This document shows positions 9,506 to 17,772 of a stretch of DNA of 64,000 bases, piece after piece; position 1 is the stretch's first letter, and each line of letters begins with the position of its first letter. Both the position numbers and the translations under genes were made by a program. The stretch is taken from the IMG/VR virus record IMGVR_UViG_3300024187_000002, positions 8,322-72,321 of that record; one strand, written 5' to 3'. The stretch comes from a virus (lineage: Duplodnaviria; Caudoviricetes). Below the pieces are notes generated by a model. That model worked only from the letters and a program-made list of their open reading frames with translations. It did no database searches and was not told the origin of the DNA.

Positions 9506-10098
9506 TGCACGACGCAATACAAAGAGCATTCAGCGAGAGTAACCGAGTGGCACTGTTGTGCTCGTTTGGGAAAGATAGCCTTGTGCTGCTGAGAACAGTT
9601 TTAGACATGGGGCACAAACCCACAATTATTTGGTTTCGCGATCATCTAAACCCTTTTGCCGCGAAGATTATTCGCGAATGGGACTTGGAAGTGGTTGGCT
9701 ATGCTCCGAGTGCAAGGTATCAAGTTGAGAATACTTTGGTTTCTGAATATGCAATCGGAAACGCAAGACTACCTTTACTTCAGGACATTTCCGAACAAGG
9801 TCAACCCGTAAATAAAGTAACCACTCCACGATTTGATTACGGGTGGGACACTACCTTATTTGGCTACCGCAAGTCGGATAGTCACCCATTAGTTCCCGTC
9901 ACCTTTGAGCCGGAGTTTCAGCTAGGACCCACCAAGATGATCGCGCCGCTTTACGATCTTTCAGACAGGGAAATTTTCAGACTCACAAACGAGATGGGAA
10001 TACCCCGCGAAACAATTTGTGATGACGTATTACCGAGTGAGTTTCCGGTAATATCTACTCAGTTCTTTCAAGAACGATTTGGTTTTCAGGTTCATTAA
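9505..10098 (+). CDS. PAPS-reductase-family (PP-loop) protein
   Basis: VALLCSFGKDSLVLL (SGGKDS variant), FGYRKSDS and APLYDLSDREIF motifs; no CC...CxxC Fe-S motif. Confidence 0.75.
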   Translation: MHDAIQRAFSESNRVALLCSFGKDSLVLLRTVLDMGHKPTIIWFRDHLNPFAAKIIREWDLEVVGYAPSARYQVENTLVSEYAIGNARLPLLQDISEQGQPVNKVTTPRFDYGWDTTLFGYRKSDSHPLVPVTFEPEFQLGPTKMIAPLYDLSDREIFRLTNEMGIPRETICDDVLPSEFPVISTQFFQERFGFQVH

Positions 10099-10109
10099 GG
10101 AGAATCAAC

Positions 10110-10805
10110 ATGCCTATTCAAGATATTAGCCGCAACAGTAATACGATCAACATCAGCGCGGCTTACACCCTAAAAGACCCAAACATCGGGCAGGTCATTG
10201 CCAACTGCACAAGTGCAGGGTTCACGCTGACAATTTATGACGATCTGGATAGCGGCGCATATCACCGCCTAGTAGTCAAGATTAGTGATAGCGACTCGTC
10301 AGGAAACACGCTGACCATTGTGAATGCTGGGGCGACCTTTAGCACCACGTTGGCGTCTACGAGCGCGGCAGTTGAGTTGGAAACAGACAATGAAGGTAAT
10401 TGGCTGGCTGTTGCGTCGTTCCCTACCCTCGACGCGAATACGGCAATCTCTGCCGCGGACTCGGCGGGACTGCGAGCGTCTGACGCTCAGTCTGGTGCGG
10501 ACTCCACAGCCTTAACAGCTAGCACTACGGCGTCAACTAATAAGTCCACTGCCGCCAGCGCGACGCTCAGCGGCGTATCAGCGGCAGAGTCTATCGCGGC
10601 AAGCGCCACGCTAAGCGGGGTGTCGGGTACAGCGTCCACGGCTACAAGTCAAAATGTTTCTCAGTCGCAAAATATTTCCACCACAGGATCGATAGCTGCG
10701 AGCGCTACTTTGAGCGGAGTATCCGCGACGGCAAGCGTAGCCACCTCACAGAACGCATCCCAGAGCTTGAATGTATCTTCAGCGCTGAGTTTGGCGTCTA
10801 GCTAA
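10110..10805 (+). CDS. Virion fibre-like protein with a Ser/Ala/Thr-repeat C-terminal tail
   Basis: Beta-rich N-terminal ~105 aa; C-terminus has AASATLSGVS x3 and ATSQN.SQS.N.S x2. Confidence 0.65.
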   Translation: MPIQDISRNSNTINISAAYTLKDPNIGQVIANCTSAGFTLTIYDDLDSGAYHRLVVKISDSDSSGNTLTIVNAGATFSTTLASTSAAVELETDNEGNWLAVASFPTLDANTAISAADSAGLRASDAQSGADSTALTASTTASTNKSTAASATLSGVSAAESIAASATLSGVSGTASTATSQNVSQSQNISTTGSIAASATLSGVSATASVATSQNASQSLNVSSALSLASS

Positions 10806-10806
10806 A

Positions 10807-11850
10807 ATGAAAATCTGCCATTTCTCTGCTTTCAATTCTTCAGGGATGCACAAGTGCGCTGAGACGTTAATGCGCGCCGAGCGCAAGTTGGGTCTCGATA
10901 GTCATCTGGTGAACATCCACGAAGTACCGTCTGAACAGTGGGACAAGTATGCGGATGCGGACATTTTCGTTCCGCATACTCATTTCCCTAACGAGATGAG
11001 AAAGAGGCTGACGAAGCCTCTCAAGATGGTCTTCCTTGGTCATGGTACGCCTGAATATATCTTTCGGTCTTCTGTCGATAGCGCCAAGCAAGGGTATGGG
11101 CATGGTGATGGCTTAATGCTCTGGATGTATTGGATGCAGAACGCGGATGCTGTCTGCACGTTCTGGCCGCGACATCAGGCGATTATGCAGTCGATGTGTG
11201 ACAAGAACACGAGGGTTCACTTAATCCCGCTGGGGTTAGATTTGGACTTCTGGAAAAGCGGGGTAAGCAGGGGAAAGTTTGCCGGAAACCCTTCGGTGAT
11301 GATCTGCGAGAACAGCCACTTTATGAAGTGGGCTTACGACCTGTTTATTGCGTGGCCGTGGGTTTACAAAGAGATACCTGACGCCTGCCTTCATGCTAAC
11401 TACCTGCCGGTGGATCAGCATCGCTGGTTCTTCCCGCTGGTAAACCGAAACGGGGCAAGCTACGGCGCTCATATTTCTCCCTTAACGTTTGCACATGAAG
11501 AACTAAGAAACGTACTCAAGAGCGTCGATGTCTATGCGAACCTCGTACGTTACGGGGATCACAACCGCATGGGGTTAGAGGCGAGTATCAGCGGCGCAAA
11601 AGTAATCAGCTATCGCGGGAATCCCTACGCAGACTTTTGGATTCAGGAAGGCTCTCAGGTCGGCATGGCTCAAGAGTTAATTCCTATCTTAAAGGGGGAC
11701 GTAACCCCGCGAGTTAAGGAGACTATCGCCTCAGATGTGGAAATGGCTCAGGCGATGATTGAGGTTTACCACGAGGTTTTGAACCGAGGAATTATGCCGA
11801 TAAAGGCGAAACAAGAGGATATCTTAGACGCCGCGGAGATAACCCTATAA
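10807..11850 (+). CDS. GT-B fold glycosyltransferase (GT4-like)
   Basis: MKICHFS start, G...AETL, ADIFVPH, IPLGLDLDFW, VDVYANLVRYGDHNRMGLEASISGAKVI (degenerate E-x7-E region). Confidence 0.8.
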   Translation: MKICHFSAFNSSGMHKCAETLMRAERKLGLDSHLVNIHEVPSEQWDKYADADIFVPHTHFPNEMRKRLTKPLKMVFLGHGTPEYIFRSSVDSAKQGYGHGDGLMLWMYWMQNADAVCTFWPRHQAIMQSMCDKNTRVHLIPLGLDLDFWKSGVSRGKFAGNPSVMICENSHFMKWAYDLFIAWPWVYKEIPDACLHANYLPVDQHRWFFPLVNRNGASYGAHISPLTFAHEELRNVLKSVDVYANLVRYGDHNRMGLEASISGAKVISYRGNPYADFWIQEGSQVGMAQELIPILKGDVTPRVKETIASDVEMAQAMIEVYHEVLNRGIMPIKAKQEDILDAAEITL

Positions 11851-12404
11851 TGCATCAATTCTCTAACAACGCATTCAACTTTGTGGACAAGACGGCGACG
11901 ATAGGTCAGAACGTCACTATCTGGCACTTCGCCGTCCTGTTAGCCGACGTGAAGATTGGCGACAACGTGTCAATAGGTTCACGGACGGAGATTGGCCGAG
12001 GATCTACAATCGGCGATAACACGCGCATTAGTTCAGGGGTGTTCTTACCTTCAAACAGCATCATAGGGAAAAATTGTTTCATCGCTCCGAACGTGACGTT
12101 TACCGATGATCGTTACCCACGTGCCGGGAATGATTCGTACCACGCGGAACCTCCGATCCTTGAAGACGGCTGTTCCGTAGGGGCCGGCTCAGTCGTCCTT
12201 CCGGGCGTCACAATCGGCGCAGGGGCGCTTGTGGGGGCAGGGTCGGTCGTCACTAGGAATGTTCCGCCCAAGGGCCACGTACGGGGCGAGCCAGCACGAG
12301 AAAAGGCATACTCAGGGGTTCACCGAGAAGAGTTCCACGAGCTTGTAGCTCCAATCGTTATTGAACATTTCAAAAAGACGGGTAGGCACATTCTACCTTC
12401 GTGA
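11850..12404 (+). CDS. Hexapeptide-repeat (left-handed beta-helix) acyltransferase, WxcM/FdtC/WbpD-like
   Basis: IGQNVTI, IGDNVSIG, IGDNTRI, IAPNVTFTDDRYPRA, VGAGSVVLPGVTIGAGALVGAGSVVTRNVP. Confidence 0.9.
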   Translation: MHQFSNNAFNFVDKTATIGQNVTIWHFAVLLADVKIGDNVSIGSRTEIGRGSTIGDNTRISSGVFLPSNSIIGKNCFIAPNVTFTDDRYPRAGNDSYHAEPPILEDGCSVGAGSVVLPGVTIGAGALVGAGSVVTRNVPPKGHVRGEPAREKAYSGVHREEFHELVAPIVIEHFKKTGRHILPS

Positions 12405-12414
12405 AAGGAAGGCT

Positions 12415-12741
12415 ATGGCTACACAAACCGACTTCGCGTTTATCCCTGTCACGATAACAGCAGGGGCGATAGCGTCCTCCGTTTATGATTTGCTAGTTGC
12501 GGGCGGTTTAACGCCAACCGGATCGTGTGTAGCACTGCGAATCGCCCTCGGAGCAGACACGTACTGGGGAAACGTATCCACAGTAACCGACTCGTCCGGT
12601 GCCTTAGTTACTTCGGGAACCGTAATTACCGACACCGCAACCGGCGCGAGTAGTAATGCCATTCCAATAGCCCAAATGTTTATTTACAAGAAGGCGTCGG
12701 GCGACGCGACAGGCACGATTTATGCGCGCTTTACTCCGTAG
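12415..12741 (+). CDS. Small virion structural protein
   Basis: ATG at 12415 after the SD-like AAAGGAAGG; beta-rich 108 aa. Confidence 0.55.
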   Translation: MATQTDFAFIPVTITAGAIASSVYDLLVAGGLTPTGSCVALRIALGADTYWGNVSTVTDSSGALVTSGTVITDTATGASSNAIPIAQMFIYKKASGDATGTIYARFTP

Positions 12742-12758
12742 GAATCGCTTAGTTAAGA

Positions 12759-15206
12759 ATGATCGTATCTCTTTCATCGTTCCAGATTTACCCTGCCGCC
12801 AATGCCGGGTACGATCCTGATAATCTTGAGGTGCGTTGGTGGTATAATCGAGGCTACATTGATAGCAGCACAGTCTTTGTTCAGGGCGGAAATGGTCAAT
12901 CAGGATTCTACATAACGTCGCCTTGTACTGTAGACGGTGACGGAATAATTTCTGTTCCATCCACCGATCTGTTTTCGACTTTAGACGCAGCCGATCCCAA
13001 CCCTCAAAGCATTCAAATCTTTGGGCGGCTCTACAGCAACAACACTGCCAAGCAATATGTTACTGCCTATTCTTCGACGCCTACGGGTTGGGTGGTACAA
13101 AACTCTAGTCCGCTTACCTATGAAGATTTAGTCTTAGAGAATCAGTCGATCGTCCTCGCGAATCCATCGCCAACTTTCCCGACGTTCGCGCAGATGATTG
13201 CCTACATCAACTCGCTCACGCCAACGCCTTTAGCTAGCGATGTGGTTATAGGGCGCTCCCGTTTCCGCACCGCGCCCACTGACGCTCTCGACCCTATAGC
13301 GGTAGAAGATAACGATCCTCGCGTTAACGCAGTTTACAATATTAAGACCTATGGAGCAGTGGGTGACGGCAACTCGTCGCTTTCATCTGCGCCGTGGCGT
13401 GCTCAATTCGGTATTCCATCGTCTGTGCCTAATGCTTACCTAGGTGGAACTACTTTCGGGACACTGACCTTTGTGGACGGAGTTGACACCAAAGATTACG
13501 TCGCAATGGCCTATGCGGTTTACTTATCAGGGCAGAATCGGGGAACGTATGTTCCCGGTTCAGGGGTGACGTTAGTTGAGTCCATTGAGATCATCATTCC
13601 TCCCGGTACTTATAATCTTAACAAACTGATTGGCTTGTACTCGTCTTACTACGTGACAGCTACCAATGCAGTGTTAGTGAGAAGCGGCGCAGGGCCGATC
13701 TTCAACATTCTTGATCCCATCAAGACCGTCATCTCTGGTATCCAGTTTCAGGGCGGCACAAATGCGATTTTAGTCGCAAACGAAAATATCGACGCGACTG
13801 AATTGGATGTTACTCGTAACACTTTCCAAGGTCAGACTGATTATGCAGTTCGCGGCAGCAGCACGGCGACGGCAATGCCCAAGGCCCTGCGTGTTGTTGA
13901 CAACAAGTTCATTAATACAGCAGGGGGCGTCTACAACACCAGCAACCAAGCAATTATTGAGAGCAACTGGTTTGAAATGACCACCACAAATCCGCTGCTT
14001 TATAACGATGGTGGTCAGGCGTCTTTTTCTAAAAACCGGATTACCGCCGGAGCAGCCTCCCCACCTGCCGACTGGATTATCAACGCCGGACAGTTAAGGG
14101 CCGAGTGGAACATTATCGGCGGGGAAAGTCCTGCGGGTAAGAGATTCCTGCGTGTAATTGCAGGTGCGCAATACACTTCAGTCCAGCATAATATCGTCCA
14201 CTCAGATACTGACTCTTACAACATTCAATTAGACGTATATCCGATCAATGTGTTCATTGAGCATAACTGGTTTCAGTCAAACAATGGATTTATCGTTAAC
14301 GATAATTACGTTGGGGCCACCGCGGGGGCGACAGCGAGCATAGGCGCGGCACTTGGCACAAGTAACAACACCTTTAAGCATAACCAGCAGGGTAATTCTG
14401 CCACGCCGGTACTACCCTTTATCGCCTTCAAAAACGGCGGGCTATATTTCACCTTTGCGGGCACTGGTCTAGGCCGTACTGCAACCACGAGAGAAGTAGA
14501 GGTCGTTTGGCCGGGAACTGATTTTACCAACTTATTTCCTGATGCCTCTGAGGGGATTTCCGGGAGTTGGACGGCCAGCGGAGTGTCCTTCAGCAATAAC
14601 GCGGTAGTTGCCCCAGACGGCTCTACAACCGGCAGTAACATCGCTGGCAACGCGTTTGGCACACTGGATAGCACGAACATTACTACAGTCGCTTTAGGGG
14701 GCGCAGGGGCTTACACCTTGTCTCTGTATGTGCGGAACTATGCCGCGGCGAATATTGTTTCGGTTTATAACGTAACTGATTCTGTAGTCGTAGTTGCTCG
14801 CCCGCTTTCGGTAGGTACGGAGTGGATTCGGGAAATCATCTCGTTCTATGCGGCCACGGGAAAGACTTATATTGTTCGATTCAACCTTGTCACAGGTGGA
14901 TCGTTGAATGCGTGGGGATTTCAAATTAACCCCGGCTACCATGCGGCACCGTATTTGTATCGCGGAACGAGCGCTAAGAGCAGTGCGTTTCCTTTTGTAG
15001 GGCCAGAGCGTCCTGTTTATTATTCTGCGGCAATGCCCTCAACAGGTGACTGGAAAGCTGGTATGACCGTGTTCGCAACTGCACCAACCGAGCAGGGAAC
15101 GGCATTGAGTAAATACATTCTTCTAGGCTGGCGCAGAATAACTACCGGGTCAGGAAATGTTTTGAATACTGACTGGTTAGAGATGCGAACATTGACAGGG
15201 AACTAG
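12759..15206 (+). CDS. Tailspike / depolymerase (pectate-lyase-like beta-helix plus CBM-like domain)
   Basis: NIKTYGAVGDG and IIIPPGTYNL (Pectate_lyase_3 signature), Asn-rich beta-helix, NLFPDASE...WT...APDGSTT CBM-like module, tailspike-type C-terminal PSTGDWKAG. Confidence 0.85.
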   Translation: MIVSLSSFQIYPAANAGYDPDNLEVRWWYNRGYIDSSTVFVQGGNGQSGFYITSPCTVDGDGIISVPSTDLFSTLDAADPNPQSIQIFGRLYSNNTAKQYVTAYSSTPTGWVVQNSSPLTYEDLVLENQSIVLANPSPTFPTFAQMIAYINSLTPTPLASDVVIGRSRFRTAPTDALDPIAVEDNDPRVNAVYNIKTYGAVGDGNSSLSSAPWRAQFGIPSSVPNAYLGGTTFGTLTFVDGVDTKDYVAMAYAVYLSGQNRGTYVPGSGVTLVESIEIIIPPGTYNLNKLIGLYSSYYVTATNAVLVRSGAGPIFNILDPIKTVISGIQFQGGTNAILVANENIDATELDVTRNTFQGQTDYAVRGSSTATAMPKALRVVDNKFINTAGGVYNTSNQAIIESNWFEMTTTNPLLYNDGGQASFSKNRITAGAASPPADWIINAGQLRAEWNIIGGESPAGKRFLRVIAGAQYTSVQHNIVHSDTDSYNIQLDVYPINVFIEHNWFQSNNGFIVNDNYVGATAGATASIGAALGTSNNTFKHNQQGNSATPVLPFIAFKNGGLYFTFAGTGLGRTATTREVEVVWPGTDFTNLFPDASEGISGSWTASGVSFSNNAVVAPDGSTTGSNIAGNAFGTLDSTNITTVALGGAGAYTLSLYVRNYAAANIVSVYNVTDSVVVVARPLSVGTEWIREIISFYAATGKTYIVRFNLVTGGSLNAWGFQINPGYHAAPYLYRGTSAKSSAFPFVGPERPVYYSAAMPSTGDWKAGMTVFATAPTEQGTALSKYILLGWRRITTGSGNVLNTDWLEMRTLTGN

Positions 15207-15207
15207 C

Positions 15208-15711
15208 GTGAACGAAGATAAAAGCCACGCACAGGAAGCCGCCGATCTTCTCGGCGCAACCGAATCAGACCGACTGGCAGAGACGGCCAGCCTGCTGTTG
15301 TCTTACAGTTTTCTGTTTAATAATTGGAGTGAAGGCCCCGATGCAAACCTGAAGGTAGACGGCGAAACGGGGCGCATCGTTGCGGTAAATAAGCAAGCTG
15401 CTCCGATGTTTGGCTGTCACGCCACGAAGATGATTGGCACCTTGGTTGAGGACTGGATACCGGAACGACTAAGAGAACAACATAAGAAACATCGCGAAAG
15501 GTATCGCGCATTCCCAACCAACCGCCCTATGTCATACGGCCAGCAGTTAGTCGCGTTACGCGCCGATGGTAAAACTGAGTTCCCTTGTTTTATCAACCTG
15601 ATCTTTCAGTATGACGCTGAGAGACTAGTTGTTGGGGTTACTATACGACGGCTTGATCCGGCTGGCGTGAAAATGCCTCCAATGCAAACAGGGGGCGAGA
15701 CGGTAGAGTGA
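15208..15711 (+). CDS. Stand-alone PAS-domain protein (FixL-like subfamily)
   Basis: PDANLKVD..GRIVAVN.QAAPMFG....MIG..VEDWIPERLREQH..HR.RY...P..RPM..G..L.ALRADG..FP matches the PAS consensus, including the FixL proximal-His position; no output domain. Confidence 0.88.
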   Translation: MNEDKSHAQEAADLLGATESDRLAETASLLLSYSFLFNNWSEGPDANLKVDGETGRIVAVNKQAAPMFGCHATKMIGTLVEDWIPERLREQHKKHRERYRAFPTNRPMSYGQQLVALRADGKTEFPCFINLIFQYDAERLVVGVTIRRLDPAGVKMPPMQTGGETVE

Positions 15712-16166
15712 AAGAGTTGCTTCCCTATGTTGGGTTATTGGCGCTGGCGCTGTCGATAGCTAACACCGTTTATCAGCGGCGCAAAGACGTGCAAGGTGAT
15801 TGGCAAAAAAAGATCGATAAGGCAGTTGAGCCGTTTGCGGGACTACCCCAGATGGTGACAGAGATCGCGGCAGATTTAGCGGTCGCCAAGAAACAGTTGG
15901 AAGTGTTTTGGAGGGGCGTGAGTTTTTCATCGGCACAGGCTTTACATTCGCCACACACTAAAGAACTGGACGTGTTACTGGAAAAGTTCCAACGTGATGA
16001 GATTCAAAGTGAAAAGGACTTGTTCAAGCTTAAGGAAATGCTAAAAGATGTTGCGGAGAATGACCCTGAGCCTATGCGGAAGAAATTCGCACTGGATATT
16101 CTCACGCTGATTCATGTTCGATTTGAAATAGGGGGCGACTTGGTAGAATCGTTTCGACAAACATGA
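15708..16166 (+). CDS. Membrane-anchored coiled-coil protein (lysis-region type)
   Basis: N-terminal hydrophobic helix LLPYVGLLALALSIA; GTGA overlap with the PAS gene. Confidence 0.55.
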   Translation: MKELLPYVGLLALALSIANTVYQRRKDVQGDWQKKIDKAVEPFAGLPQMVTEIAADLAVAKKQLEVFWRGVSFSSAQALHSPHTKELDVLLEKFQRDEIQSEKDLFKLKEMLKDVAENDPEPMRKKFALDILTLIHVRFEIGGDLVESFRQT

Positions 16167-16239
16167 AGCAACTGAAAGAGAATCAAATCAGTAAAGGTTC
16201 GTCGCCTATGCAACCGCACCCGATGATAATGGTTACGAC

Positions 16240-16671
16240 ATGAGCGCCAATGCACCCGTTAAGTCCATACGCGAAGTCTCCCAGAATGGCTATAAACCGA
16301 TTGGTACTATGCCAAAATCGCAGCAAGAGCCATTTGTGGAACGTATCAGGCGCATCCTGCCCCACCGAGAGGACATTCAGATGAGCGATGGCCGACAGAT
16401 TAAGGGTGGTATTGTGATTCATCCGATTATCGCCACGGCGTTGTTGGGCGCAGTCATTGCTATCGGCCTCAGCGTTCGGTCGGAAATGAGTTGGCAACAC
16501 GATCAAATCGTGAAGATAACCACCCAAAAAGAAGACGCGGAAAAGCGCGACGCAGAGCGAGCCGAAGAATTAAGCAAACGACTTCAGAATATTGACGCGG
16601 TACAGATCGCCTTGGGGCGTGATATAGTTCGCGCTCAAGAAATACAGAAGGCTAAGAATTCCAGAAACTAG
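16240..16671 (+). CDS. Single-TM coiled-coil protein (holin/antiholin-like)
   Basis: TM IIATALLGAVIAIGLSV followed by a charged coiled coil; the start may be the later ATG (MPKSQQ). Confidence 0.5.
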   Translation: MSANAPVKSIREVSQNGYKPIGTMPKSQQEPFVERIRRILPHREDIQMSDGRQIKGGIVIHPIIATALLGAVIAIGLSVRSEMSWQHDQIVKITTQKEDAEKRDAERAEELSKRLQNIDAVQIALGRDIVRAQEIQKAKNSRN

Positions 16672-16681
16672 GAGAAACCCG

Positions 16682-16999
16682 ATGAGCAACGGAGACCCCG
16701 ATCCGATTTCAGGTGCGCCTTACATTATCATATGCGGGGGCCGTACCGGAGTCGCGCTCGCAACTACTTACGATGAAAAGGTTATTGCGGCAACTCAGTG
16801 CTCGGCACAGTTCGCTGCGTTCATGGGAATGGAGTACGGCGACTCTGACGACTTCATTTCAGACCTGCGACCTATTACAACCATTCAGCATCAGTTAATG
16901 AACCACGCTATCGGCGTCCATAAACTCAGCCACGATGAATTGGATCAGAAGTTTGCGGATCTATTCGCGGCAATGGCGACGATGGAGGGCGAGTATTGA
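16682..16999 (+). CDS. Hypothetical protein
   Basis: GGAG SD, 105 aa. Confidence 0.6.
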   Translation: MSNGDPDPISGAPYIIICGGRTGVALATTYDEKVIAATQCSAQFAAFMGMEYGDSDDFISDLRPITTIQHQLMNHAIGVHKLSHDELDQKFADLFAAMATMEGEY

Positions 17000-17293
17000 A
17001 CGGAGTTGTCATTGCTCGCTCTAAAGTCCATCCGCGTTCAAGCCTAGATGCGAGACTTTGCTTCTTACCGCCTAATTCACGCGACCAATCGCTGATAACC
17101 TGAGTGCGCCCTTTCCACGTAATCCAACGATTATTGCGCCTGTTGCGTTGCTGCTCGTGGTTGGTAGCCCAGCGGCAATTCGACGGTTCATAGTTTCCGT
17201 TGTTATTCTCTCTGTCGAGAGAGTGTTTAGGACTTGGCTTTGATCCCATATCGACCAAGAAGTTTTCGGCAAGCTTCCACCGTCAGACTTCAC
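16996..17293 (-). pseudogene. Degenerate HNH homing endonuclease remnant
   Basis: RWKLAENFLVDMGSKPSPKHSLDRENNNGNYEPSNCRWATNHEQQRNRRNN...SRLERGW is typical of AP2/HNH-type phage endonucleases; there is a TGA immediately upstream of RW and the N-terminal half is missing. Confidence 0.75.
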
Positions 17294-17405
17294 CCGATCT
17301 TAGGGAGTCCGACCCCTATCGGCTTTCCGTCGAGCTCTTAGACGGAAAAACGCCCCAAGCCGCTTGCAACGACTCAGGGCGTTAACGCTGAAAGGAGATA
17401 ACAGC

Positions 17406-17489
17406 ATGAACTGTTATATCCATCGGAGCTGGGTGATCGTCGTTGTCGTTTACGGTGACGTTACGATCATCCTGTTAGTGCCAATATAG
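17406..17489 (+). CDS. 27-aa hydrophobic peptide (MNCYIHRSWVIVVVVYGDVTIILLVPI), type I toxin-like
   Basis: Strong SD AAAGGAG 7-8 nt upstream, structured leader, followed by a UUCG hairpin and an intrinsic terminator; below the ORF-track size cut-off. Confidence 0.6.
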   Translation: MNCYIHRSWVIVVVVYGDVTIILLVPI

Positions 17490-17512
17490 GGCTTCGGCCC
17501 TATGTTGCTGCG

Positions 17513-17539
17513 GGACGGGTCGAAAGGCCCGTCCTTTTT
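17513..17539 (+). terminator. Intrinsic terminator
   Basis: GGACGGGTC-GAAA-GGCCCGTCC followed by TTTTT. Confidence 0.85.
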
Positions 17540-17737
17540 GTCAAAGATAGCGTTTTGGATTACGTGTATGCGCTTCGCGTTGCGTGGATGTATGCGTTGA
17601 TGTATGCGCCTTATATACTTACGCGGATGTTACTAACTTACGCGTAAGTATACTCAACGTTATTACTAAGTGCTTGAACGATTGTCAACCACTAATTCAC
17701 TAGTGAAACCGCAAGTGAATCACAAAACGGCTTACAG

Positions 17738-17772
17738 ATAACTTTAAGTAACTGACCGTAACCCTAAGCAAC
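17738..17772. repeat. Four 10-bp-phased RYAAC repeats in a palindrome-rich non-coding region
   Basis: ATAAC 17738, GTAAC 17748, GTAAC 17758, GCAAC 17768; nearby palindromes at 17636-17649, 17696-17707 and 17811-17826. Confidence 0.7.

Noticed and set aside
9505-10098. Auxiliary metabolic cysH gene for sulfate assimilation
   Set aside because: Short, lacks the catalytic C-terminal Cys motif and Fe-S cysteines, and sits in a structural operon.
4275-15206. Diversity-generating retroelement acting on fibre genes
   Set aside because: No reverse transcriptase; repeat differences are synonymous rather than adenine-specific; no TR/VR pair noticed.
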